Virus record (IMG/VR): IMGVR_UViG_3300032086_001604
Coordinates: 1-40,788 of that record
Length of the DNA: 40,788 bases
Direction: 5' to 3' (one strand)
Source: a virus
Shown here: piece after piece, positions 32,884 through 40,262 of the stretch
Position numbering within the stretch: position 1 is the first letter of the stretch
Layout of the letters: each line of letters opens with the position of its first letter
The notes under the pieces: generated by a model
The model's database searches: none
What the model saw: the letters and a program-made list of their open reading frames with translations, nothing else
What the model was told of the DNA's origin: nothing
Made by a program: the position numbers and the translations under genes

Positions 32884-35460
32884 TCAGCTGAAGAAGTAGT
32901 CACTGGCTCGGACCTCCTCGATGTTAAAGTTGCCCCGTTGTGGTGGCTCGGGGATCTGTGCGCCGGGGAGCTGTGCCGCAAAATTCTCAGCCAGGTCGGC
33001 GAGAATGTCGGGCGTGTACGTCTCCACGAAGGCGCTCTTGAGTGGGCCGTCAGGTGCCAGCAGCGCATTGCGTGCGTTGACGTGGACACCGAAGCTGTCA
33101 TGGATGGCGACCCAGTTTGTGATGGGGTCCGCCGCCTTGCGCCCTAGGTCGATCGTCTTGCAGAGGATCGAGGCGTCGAGAGAGTGGATCAGGTTCGGCG
33201 CGATGCTGTTCATCATACGCGCCCGCGCAAGCTGATCGGTCTGGCGGCGGAGCTGGGGGCTGTAGATAGCCCCGTTGAAGGCTGTCGATATCCGGTAGGG
33301 TTCACTATGCCACTCGGCCTGCTTCACAGGCGCACCCGTGGGAGTGACCCAGCCTAGGGGAGTGTTGGACTCGACAGCCAAAGCAGCGACCTTGCGCAGC
33401 CACTGCTGGACCTGCACTGGGCGGGAGAGCGTGCCCTCAAGGGCATCCCAGAGCAGATTGTTAACAAACCTGGCGTACCGTTTGACGTCGGGGTACGGCG
33501 GCTCGACACCATCCTTGATGTCAGCATGGATGGCGTTGTGAATGTTGTCGTTGGTGGCCCAGCGGGTGCCGCTGTATGGCATCACCATCACGACGTTCTT
33601 TGCCCACGCTCGTGGGATACCGTGGCGCTTTAACGCCAACGACATTTCGTAGTCACGGTGGTCGGGCTTGACCTCGGCGCCCAGCTCCAGCGCCCGGTCC
33701 CTGATTGACGAGTAGATGTCAGCGGGCAGGGGGCTGTCACTCAGGCACACAGCCTCGCACGTATCGGTGTCGAGAGTCAGGCCACCGAAATTCTGCAGCC
33801 CGTTGCACTTGCCGTCCACGTAGCTGATCAGCCGGGACGTGAAGCCAAGGCCGATGGCTTCGAACTGTGCGAGCTCGGTGCAGGCACGGAGCGCTTGCCA
33901 CGGATCACTGAACTTCCAGAGCCAGTCCATGTTGCGCTGCCAATCCGTACCGTAGCCTACGAGTTCAGACTTGTTGGCCTCGACCCAATCGATCCGGTCG
34001 TCGAGCGTACCTTTGTCGGCATCACACGCGCCGGCGACAGTCAGATACAGATCACGCACAGCCTCGTGGCCGGCGATTGGCTCACCCTCATGGAACTGGA
34101 TCAGGCCACGGGCTAGGTCTTGGCCCTGCGGCTGCAGGTATGGCGGCACACAGTAGATCCGCCAGCGGTGGTCGGCTTTGACCGGCAGATGAAAAGGCCC
34201 AGGGTAGCGATTTGCTAGGCTGCAGATCTTCAGGAATCCGAAGCGGCGACCGAAGGCTTTATTGTTGTGTGCGTGGGTGTGTGCCCGTTGCCGGTTGATC
34301 TCCCGGCGCACGTCTTCGTTGTGCCAGTCTTCAGGGTTGTTCGGCTCGGGCAGATCACGGAGCGACGGATAGTCAGCAGTGTCGAGCTCCTTGTCACGCA
34401 CGTACTCTGCAGCCTCGAGCACGTCCTTGTTAATCTCGTAGCTGGTCATCTGCAGCTGGTTCATTGCCCGCACATGCAGCCCGACATTCACCTTGTCGTG
34501 CGGGTTGTCCTTGTGGTGCTGCTCGAGTGCGATCAGCTCCTTGGCCGAGGCACGTTTGATGATGCCGTACGGAGCGACACACTGTGACCAGTAGCCGCCA
34601 CCATAGAGGTTAGACTCGGCGCTCCACATGCGGGGCGGCACGAGCGTCGGCATGTAGCTCGTGAACAGCTCCTCGAACTTCGACACCGTGCGCTCAATCA
34701 GGGCGCCTAGGTGTGGCGTCACGCCGAGGCACCGAGCTGTCTTGTTCCCCTCACGGTGGGTGTACTCGACAAAGAACGGGCCGGTCTGTCGGATCACGTC
34801 GAGGAGGGCGACACCGATTTGCGTCTGAGCTTTCGTATCGAGCTTGTCGATGTCTTCCGACTGCCGGATGATCTCCCGTGCTTGCTTCAGCTGTACCTCT
34901 TGGCGGTAAGCTTCACGACGCCACGTATCCTCGATCTTCTCAGCTGTCTTGTGGTGCCGGTCGGCCCACAGCTGCCAGTGGTACTCGTCAGCCACTCGAC
35001 GGCCGACGTGGTTGGCAATGGTGCTGAGCTTGGCGTGCTTGTGAGCACCCGACAACATCGGCACTTGATTGAAGATCGTACGGAGGGCGGTGAAGATTAC
35101 GGCGTCGGCCCCCAGGGTGTCGCAGATGGTGAGGAGGTGAGTCTCACCAAAGCGCGCCTTGCCGGGAAGACCGACGCCGTTCTCGATACGATCCATCAGG
35201 TTGGAGGAACCCTCCTTCAGGATCGATCGAATGACATGACGGGTCGGTGCAGTGTCAGCCTGTCGGCCTGACTCGACCATCCGAAGCACGTTGCGCTTGG
35301 CACGCTGGGTGCCCTGATCACTCATTTCCTGCGAGTTGCGCAGTTCTTGAAGCATCAGTCCGTCGGCGTGGGAGTGGTCGCCTTGGGCATTCGCATTAGG
35401 AGTGCGTGGACTTACGTCATGTCGCGTACTATGTACGTTTCGCATAATAATATAACTCAC
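32884..35460 (-). CDS. Single-subunit DNA-dependent RNA polymerase (T7 gp1-like); GTG start at 35460 or ATG at 35445
   Basis: 858 aa. Motif C AIHDSFGVH. C-terminal ...SDYFFS is like the T7 ...DFAFA. Size near that of T7 RNAP (883 aa). Confidence 0.93.
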   Translation of the reverse strand: MSYIIMRNVHSTRHDVSPRTPNANAQGDHSHADGLMLQELRNSQEMSDQGTQRAKRNVLRMVESGRQADTAPTRHVIRSILKEGSSNLMDRIENGVGLPGKARFGETHLLTICDTLGADAVIFTALRTIFNQVPMLSGAHKHAKLSTIANHVGRRVADEYHWQLWADRHHKTAEKIEDTWRREAYRQEVQLKQAREIIRQSEDIDKLDTKAQTQIGVALLDVIRQTGPFFVEYTHREGNKTARCLGVTPHLGALIERTVSKFEELFTSYMPTLVPPRMWSAESNLYGGGYWSQCVAPYGIIKRASAKELIALEQHHKDNPHDKVNVGLHVRAMNQLQMTSYEINKDVLEAAEYVRDKELDTADYPSLRDLPEPNNPEDWHNEDVRREINRQRAHTHAHNNKAFGRRFGFLKICSLANRYPGPFHLPVKADHRWRIYCVPPYLQPQGQDLARGLIQFHEGEPIAGHEAVRDLYLTVAGACDADKGTLDDRIDWVEANKSELVGYGTDWQRNMDWLWKFSDPWQALRACTELAQFEAIGLGFTSRLISYVDGKCNGLQNFGGLTLDTDTCEAVCLSDSPLPADIYSSIRDRALELGAEVKPDHRDYEMSLALKRHGIPRAWAKNVVMVMPYSGTRWATNDNIHNAIHADIKDGVEPPYPDVKRYARFVNNLLWDALEGTLSRPVQVQQWLRKVAALAVESNTPLGWVTPTGAPVKQAEWHSEPYRISTAFNGAIYSPQLRRQTDQLARARMMNSIAPNLIHSLDASILCKTIDLGRKAADPITNWVAIHDSFGVHVNARNALLAPDGPLKSAFVETYTPDILADLAENFAAQLPGAQIPEPPQRGNFNIEEVRASDYFFS

Positions 35461-35518
35461 TCATTTGGCAACCATCTTTTAGGTTGCGCAGTTAAAAATG
35501 AGCGAGATGTCAGACCGC

Positions 35519-35564
35519 ATTCGTAACGCGTAGGCCCGGAGTTCGAGTCTCCGTACCAGCACCA
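35519..35564 (+). other. attP candidate: 3' portion of a tRNA-Thr(CGU) gene (not an intact tRNA)
   Basis: Anticodon loop ttCGTaa (35520-35526). T-arm cggag/ttcgagt/ctccg (35537-35553). 3' acceptor strand taccagc, discriminator a and CCA (35554-35564). No complementary 5' acceptor strand or D-arm upstream. Lies 95 nt downstream of int. Confidence 0.6.
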
Positions 35565-35614
35565 CTTCCTCTTTGACTTCCAGAGGCTTGGCGGCGCCAT
35601 CCAACATCTCGCGA

Positions 35615-35654
35615 TGTACTGTTACAGTACAATATGACTGTCTCAATACAGTAC
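35615..35654. repeat. GTACTGT repeats: 17-bp perfect palindrome tgtactgttacagtaca (35615-35631) plus a third copy tacagtac (35647-35654)
   Basis: Read directly. Located between the int stop codon and the tRNA-like core. Confidence 0.7.
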
Positions 35655-35658
35655 GTGC

Positions 35659-36684
35659 TTATAATAGATTATGCGCATAAGAGTCAACCGCTTTGCGCAG
35701 GTCATGGCCGCTCTCAATATGCTCGTAGCGAGCGACCATGTCATAAGAGGCCCAACCACCCCATGCTTTCAGCTGCGCTAGGCTCAGTCCGTCCTCGGCA
35801 AGCCGAGTCATGCAGGTGTGGCGAAGGCTGTGAGGTACAAAGTCTTCGTCAGTTGCCAGTCCCATGTCCGCTTTCACGTCATTCCAGCGACGATAGTAGA
35901 CCTTGTGGTTCTGTAGCTGAGTGAACGGACCTGGCTCGTGGCCACGCTCGATCCATGCCTCCTCGAGTGCCTGCTTCGCAGGGCCTCGCAGCGGGATCGA
36001 CCGGGGCTTGCCCGACTTGGTGCGGGCTTGCCTGAACACAGCGTAGTCGCCCTCGACATCACGCCAAGTAAGCTTGGCTGTCTCACCGTAGCGACTGCCG
36101 ACCCACAACAAAACTGTCGTGAACTGGCTGTACACTGAGCCGTGTCGTTGTAGTCCAGCGATCAGGCGCTGACACTCGTCGACACTGAAGACCCGGTCAC
36201 GGATCCGGCCAGGGCCCTTGTGGCGATAGACCGGCGGGTCAGTCACCATGCCACGCTCAGCTGCCCAAGCCATGATGCGGTTGAACTTGCTGAGCCGGTG
36301 ATTGATCGTCGCTGCCGATCGGCCGTCGGCCTGCAGGGCATCGGCCATCTGTATCAGATCGGCCTGCGTTATGCTGTCAGCCGGCACGTCACCGAACCAG
36401 CTGATCAGCTTGCGCACGTTGGTGCCGACACCAGCCTGATCACGGTTGCCGCTGAACACGACAGGCACGGCGGCAGCTGCGATGTCAGCGAACGTGGTGG
36501 CTGGCTCGACACTCTCCATGTCAGGCTCTCGGCCGAGGCGGATGGCCTGTCGGGCAGCTGCCTGCCACGCAAGCGCAGCTTCCTGATTCGGAAACTCAGC
36601 GACCTTGCGCCGGTATAACTTCTTGGTCAGCCGACCAGCGCTCAAGTGATGGAGCGGTGTGTTGACGGACACGTATTTCTGCAT
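35659..36684 (-). CDS. int: Tyrosine recombinase / phage integrase (341 aa)
   Basis: ATG at 36684 (MQKYVSV) with a GGGGAG RBS. C-terminal HSLRHTCMTRLAEDG...GGWASYDMVARYEH (H-x-x-R ... Y catalytic pattern). Upstream R-containing box GSRYGETAKLTWRDV. Confidence 0.9.
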   Translation of the reverse strand: MQKYVSVNTPLHHLSAGRLTKKLYRRKVAEFPNQEAALAWQAAARQAIRLGREPDMESVEPATTFADIAAAAVPVVFSGNRDQAGVGTNVRKLISWFGDVPADSITQADLIQMADALQADGRSAATINHRLSKFNRIMAWAAERGMVTDPPVYRHKGPGRIRDRVFSVDECQRLIAGLQRHGSVYSQFTTVLLWVGSRYGETAKLTWRDVEGDYAVFRQARTKSGKPRSIPLRGPAKQALEEAWIERGHEPGPFTQLQNHKVYYRRWNDVKADMGLATDEDFVPHSLRHTCMTRLAEDGLSLAQLKAWGGWASYDMVARYEHIESGHDLRKAVDSYAHNLL

Positions 36685-36685
36685 C

Positions 36686-37051
36686 TCATGTCTCCCCAGA
36701 TGATTGTGAGAACAAAGAGCGAACAAACATAGCGCCCTTTGATGTGAACCTCAAGTCCGTGAACTTACGATTCTCGAGGTTCTGGCTTGTCTGGATCAGA
36801 CCCTTACCGACGACACTGTGTGTCGAATGGGTCGACCAGTACGTCACCGCTCTGCTCACGCTGGCGTGCGTGATGGGCAGCTCGGTGACGATCTCTGACT
36901 GCGGTGCCAGGTTGGTCCCGTCTCGTGCCATTATGTACGCCGCTTCAACGATCGCCATCATAGATGGCAGACTCATTCGCGGATCTTGTGACGCAAACAC
37001 GGCCAGCTGTTGGCGCAGTGTGTCGATTTGCTTGAGCATATCGAGTTTCAT
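36686..37051 (-). CDS. MarR-like winged-helix transcriptional regulator (121 aa)
   Basis: ATG at 37051 with a GGGAG RBS. SEIVTELPITHASVSRAVTYW...GLIQTSQNLENRKFTDLRFTSKG fits the HTH-plus-wing layout of MarR-type proteins. Its stop is 1 nt from the int ATG. Confidence 0.6.
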   Translation of the reverse strand: MKLDMLKQIDTLRQQLAVFASQDPRMSLPSMMAIVEAAYIMARDGTNLAPQSEIVTELPITHASVSRAVTYWSTHSTHSVVGKGLIQTSQNLENRKFTDLRFTSKGAMFVRSLFSQSSGET

Positions 37052-37141
37052 TGTACGTAACTCCCGTTGTGTACACCGACCTCTAACGTAACAACTACGA
37101 AACCGGAACGCAATGGCTGGCGCACGCAACGGGATAAACGT

Positions 37142-37237
37142 CTAGCCTGCAGCCCACAGGTGAACGAGGCCGATCATCAGTGCCACGATAATCAGGCACG
37201 CGCAGGTGAAGCACAGGTGCTCAGTGAAGCGACTCAT
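37142..37237 (-). CDS. Micro-ORF: 31-aa hydrophobic Cys-rich peptide
   Basis: Hand-translated MSRFTEHLCFTCACLIIVALMIGLVHLWAAG. The ATG overlaps the upstream stop as ATGA. Below the ORF-track cutoff. Confidence 0.45.
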   Translation of the reverse strand: MSRFTEHLCFTCACLIIVALMIGLVHLWAAG

Positions 37238-37500
37238 GTCACTTTCCCCCTTGCTGTATCGTCGACAGTCGCCAGCCAATTCAGCATGGCAGCACAATCA
37301 TCGTGCTGATCTTGGGCGTAGGCAGCGTGCTCCTCCTCGCCTGCTTTAACGTGCGCTGTGTAGCTGTCAAAATAGAACGACATGGCCGTGCGCACTGACT
37401 CGACAATGAGCGTGAGCTCGTCACGGTTCACGGAGATGCCGATCCGAGAAGACTGGGGGGATGCAGCGCAGCTGGGTGCGCGTGGTGGTACATAGTGCAT
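37234..37500 (-). CDS. Hypothetical early protein (88 aa)
   Basis: ATG at 37500 with a GGGAG RBS (ctagggagttatactctATG). Confidence 0.5.
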   Translation of the reverse strand: MHYVPPRAPSCAASPQSSRIGISVNRDELTLIVESVRTAMSFYFDSYTAHVKAGEEEHAAYAQDQHDDCAAMLNWLATVDDTARGKVT

Positions 37501-37517
37501 AGAGTATAACTCCCTAG

Positions 37518-37907
37518 TTATATTGCGGTGCCGCACGGGTAGGCGCTGATGAAAGCCAGCGGTGCGACCACCTCGAGGATGGCGCCGTCGACATCCCAGA
37601 GGTCGGCGACGTCCATGAAATCGAACAAGACCTGGCGGGTCAGCTCGACGTCTTTGAAGGGGACATGCGGGTCACAGATCAGTGACGTCTCGCCCCCCGT
37701 TGCAGCCAGGGCGCCAGTCATGGCACCGGACACGAGCCCAGAGATGTAGCTCCAGACCCCGTCGGCCGGATCCAGCTGGTTGACAGCCTCGATCCAGCGG
37801 TCACGCTCGACAGCCATAGCCGTCGACGCCGACGACTGGGCGCCGGCGATGGACGCCGATGCCACAAGGGCGATGGCACTACAGGCGAGCTTGAATGGGC
37901 GGCGCAT
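37518..37907 (-). CDS. Secreted/periplasmic early protein with signal peptide (129 aa)
   Basis: MRRPFKLACSAIALVASASIAGA|QSS: basic n-region, hydrophobic core and an AxA-type cleavage site. Two Cys in the mature part. Confidence 0.6.
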   Translation of the reverse strand: MRRPFKLACSAIALVASASIAGAQSSASTAMAVERDRWIEAVNQLDPADGVWSYISGLVSGAMTGALAATGGETSLICDPHVPFKDVELTRQVLFDFMDVADLWDVDGAILEVVAPLAFISAYPCGTAI

Positions 37908-38145
37908 GGCTCGACGTCTCCGTTGGGGTTATGTCGAGGCGCCGGTGCTGCCGGAGCACGAGGTCCACCAATGTATCACGTTGTGATACGTTGGCTTGCT
38001 GACGGGTCAGCTGGAAGTGCGTCGCAGCCGAGCGAAAGTCGTCGAACATTTTCGAGTCAGACCACTGGCGGCTCTCGTTGCGCCAGTGAGCGATGACCTC
38101 GAGACACAAGACAATCTTTTGCGTGTCAGTCGTTGGTGCTTGCAT
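37879..38145 (-). CDS. Hypothetical early protein (88 aa)
   Basis: ATG at 38145 (MQAPTTDTQK) with a GAAAGGA RBS. The longer track ORF (to 38292) overlaps the upstream gene. Confidence 0.45.
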   Translation of the reverse strand: MQAPTTDTQKIVLCLEVIAHWRNESRQWSDSKMFDDFRSAATHFQLTRQQANVSQRDTLVDLVLRQHRRLDITPTETSSHAPPIQARL

Positions 38146-38485
38146 GGGCAAGGATCCTTTCACGTAGGTTTTCGGATGAAAGCAGGGCGCGCATGTCGGT
38201 CGAGAGGTCGACCCACTTGCGGCGATTGCGGGACCGGCGCTGGCCCCGCTCAGATTTGAGGTCGACAAGGTCAACGGGATCGATCGAGCCATCGGCGTGG
38301 CAGGCAGCGACGATGCACTGCCAGCGCCCGGTGACTGGGTCGAGCGTCGGGGTCAGCCAGACGTCGTAGCTGTAAGGCAGGCCACGACCCCAGCGCTGGA
38401 GCGCGTAGATCCACGCCGGTGATCCGGCGAGGTCCACTGATCGAGCGCGTGGGCGACGTGGCTGGAGGTCAGGTCCGCGTCCCAT
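38126..38485 (-). CDS. Hypothetical early protein (119 aa), basic
   Basis: ATG at 38485 in a TGATG overlap with the upstream stop. Confidence 0.45.
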   Translation of the reverse strand: MGRGPDLQPRRPRARSVDLAGSPAWIYALQRWGRGLPYSYDVWLTPTLDPVTGRWQCIVAACHADGSIDPVDLVDLKSERGQRRSRNRRKWVDLSTDMRALLSSENLRERILAHASTND

Positions 38486-38856
38486 CAGTACTGGTCCTGC
38501 CAATCGTGGTCCCAGTTCCAGCAGTCCGCTGCTTCAACTATGAAATCCCACATCGCATCGGCGCGCGCCCCGCTGTGGATCACAGAGAAACGCTGTTCGC
38601 TGATTGCACGGCGGTGATCATCAAAACGCTCGCGCCACTCTGCGAACTCATCAGTGCCGAGCTCTGGGCGCTCCTCGTCACTTGGGTCAGGCTGTGCCAG
38701 CAAATCTGCGAGCTTCCTCGCAGCCTCATCGAGGTCGCGCTTCTCTTTCTCAAGTGCGGCTTCGATCCACCAAAAAAGGCGACGCGCTGCTGCACGATCG
38801 AGCTTTAAGGTGACGTGCTTGGATGTAACTTTGATATTGTGAACGACCATATCCAT
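38485..38856 (-). CDS. Hypothetical acidic early protein (123 aa)
   Basis: ATG at 38856 with an ACACGGGAG RBS. Glu/Asp/Trp-rich. Confidence 0.55.
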   Translation of the reverse strand: MDMVVHNIKVTSKHVTLKLDRAAARRLFWWIEAALEKEKRDLDEAARKLADLLAQPDPSDEERPELGTDEFAEWRERFDDHRRAISEQRFSVIHSGARADAMWDFIVEAADCWNWDHDWQDQY

Positions 38857-38888
38857 GTCGTTGTTCTCCCGTGTTGTGTTGGTGGGTG

Positions 38889-38975
38889 TCAGGACGTCCA
38901 GCCGAGACTGAACAGGGCGGCATACGCCACAAGAAACCAGAGCGTTGCGGCTGTGATGAAAAGGACGGAGTTCAT
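38889..38975 (-). CDS. Micro-ORF: 28-aa hydrophobic peptide
   Basis: Hand-translated codon by codon: MNSVLFITAATLWFLVAYAALFSLGWTS. ATGA overlap with the upstream stop. Below the ORF-track cutoff. Confidence 0.45.
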   Translation of the reverse strand: MNSVLFITAATLWFLVAYAALFSLGWTS

Positions 38976-39337
38976 GGCTTGTCCCACCCCGCTAGCTGCT
39001 GGTGCAGGTCACTGATCCGTTGCTCAAAGGCCTCTTCCGACAGGCCCTCCGGCGCTGCGAACTCGTAAGCGTTGGGGTTGTCGAGACACATCAGCGCGTG
39101 GTCGAGGCCTTCATAACTGTCTCTGCTCAGGATCAGCGTTGCTGCTCCACCGCCGGCAGCGTCCAAGACTGCGCCGGCTGCATTCAAGCAGCGCTCATCG
39201 TCGACGACACCGGCTAACAGCTGCGGGTCTTTATCCAAGATGGCGCCGGCGCGGCGGCAGCTAAGAGGCTCGGAGGCGTCATCGATGCCCCAAAGCAGAA
39301 GCGCGCGGTCGATCTCGTCAATGTGTATATTGGCCAT
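38972..39337 (-). CDS. Hypothetical acidic early protein (121 aa)
   Basis: ATG at 39337 (MANIHIDEID) with an ACACGGGAGTAAAC RBS. Confidence 0.55.
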   Translation of the reverse strand: MANIHIDEIDRALLLWGIDDASEPLSCRRAGAILDKDPQLLAGVVDDERCLNAAGAVLDAAGGGAATLILSRDSYEGLDHALMCLDNPNAYEFAAPEGLSEEAFEQRISDLHQQLAGWDKP

Positions 39338-39373
39338 GATGTTTACTCCCGTGTTGTCATGGTTGATTGCAGC

Positions 39374-39400
39374 GCGGCGTCGCACCGGGTACGACACCGC
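39374..39400 (-). terminator. Stem-loop after the 283-aa early gene (terminator or RNA-processing site)
   Basis: The minus-strand RNA has GCGGUGUCG, a 9-nt loop, then CGACGCCGC (9 bp including one G-U), starting 10 nt after the stop codon. No U-tract. Confidence 0.4.
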
Positions 39401-39410
39401 ACCTATGAGG

Positions 39411-40262
39411 TTAAAAGTACTTGGCGCCGGCGCCGTGCACGGCGATGGCGATGGACTTGGGTGAGCTCACCGACGTGCCACCGCATAGGCGGCAATCAGC
39501 ACACTGCACACCGCGTTCAGACGGGCAGGCAATCTCGTTGGGTGTCATGTCGGCATAGTCGGACACAACGCGAAACGTACGCTCCCCGCGTGCCCATGCT
39601 GCCTGTGCATCTGCCAGCGTGTCGGCGGACGTCATGCACATATCCGAGCGCACGTCGGCGGACGCGACACCGGACTGATGCGTATATCCGACATGGGCTC
39701 GAGCGTCGCTGATCAAGCTTTCCCAAATATAGGATGGCACCGCGGCCGGATCCCCATACGTGCCAAGGCGCACCGTGCGACCGCTACCGAGTGCAGAAAT
39801 GTCGGCATGTCCGCTGACTGTTGGGTAAACGGATCCGCGCTTGAATGACTTAAACGCATTCAGCGGACCTTGCCCGATCACGACATAACACGAGCGCGCC
39901 GTTGCGACTTTGGAGCGTGCGCTATTGGTCGGCTTGCCACGGTGCGGACAATTCCCGCAAATTGCAAAGTCAGCACCGGACTTCGACGCGTCGCGCGGAT
40001 CCATGTCAGCGCGCAAAATGTAGGTCTGCAGGACTTCGCCGGTTTTACCGTTGCTGTCTGTCAGCGTGGCAATCACGACAATCGGCGCGCCGTCGATCAG
40101 TGAAGGACCGCGATAGATCACGGCACCTTCGATTGCCTTTTTGGTAAACGTGCCGGTTACAAGGTGCAGCGCGCTAAAGTGCTGGCGGTATGATGGCGCG
40201 TACGTGTCGAAACAATCGGACTCGGCCGCAAGCGCGTGGTCTGAAGCGTTGGTAAACATCAT
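39411..40262 (-). CDS. Cys-rich early protein of unknown function (283 aa)
   Basis: ATG at 40262 with a GAGGG RBS, in a TGATG overlap. Motifs ICGNCPHRG, SCYV, GTYGDPAAVP, GYTHQ, CMTSAD, ERTFRV and CPSERGVQCADCRLCGG (CxxCxxC). Confidence 0.65.
   Translation of the reverse strand: MMFTNASDHALAAESDCFDTYAPSYRQHFSALHLVTGTFTKKAIEGAVIYRGPSLIDGAPIVVIATLTDSNGKTGEVLQTYILRADMDPRDASKSGADFAICGNCPHRGKPTNSARSKVATARSCYVVIGQGPLNAFKSFKRGSVYPTVSGHADISALGSGRTVRLGTYGDPAAVPSYIWESLISDARAHVGYTHQSGVASADVRSDMCMTSADTLADAQAAWARGERTFRVVSDYADMTPNEIACPSERGVQCADCRLCGGTSVSSPKSIAIAVHGAGAKYF

Noticed and set aside
32628-33101. 157-aa ORF overlapping the 3' end of the RNAP gene
   Set aside because: The part upstream of 32864 is an out-of-frame shadow of the RNAP C-terminus. 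Only the segment after the RNAP stop is kept, as a low-confidence small ORF.
35480-35564. Possible intact tRNA gene between int and the RNAP gene
   Set aside because: Only the anticodon-loop-to-CCA part is tRNA-like. There is no 5' acceptor strand complementary to taccagc, no D-arm, and the 5' anticodon stem strand mismatches. It is interpreted as an attP core rather than a functional tRNA.
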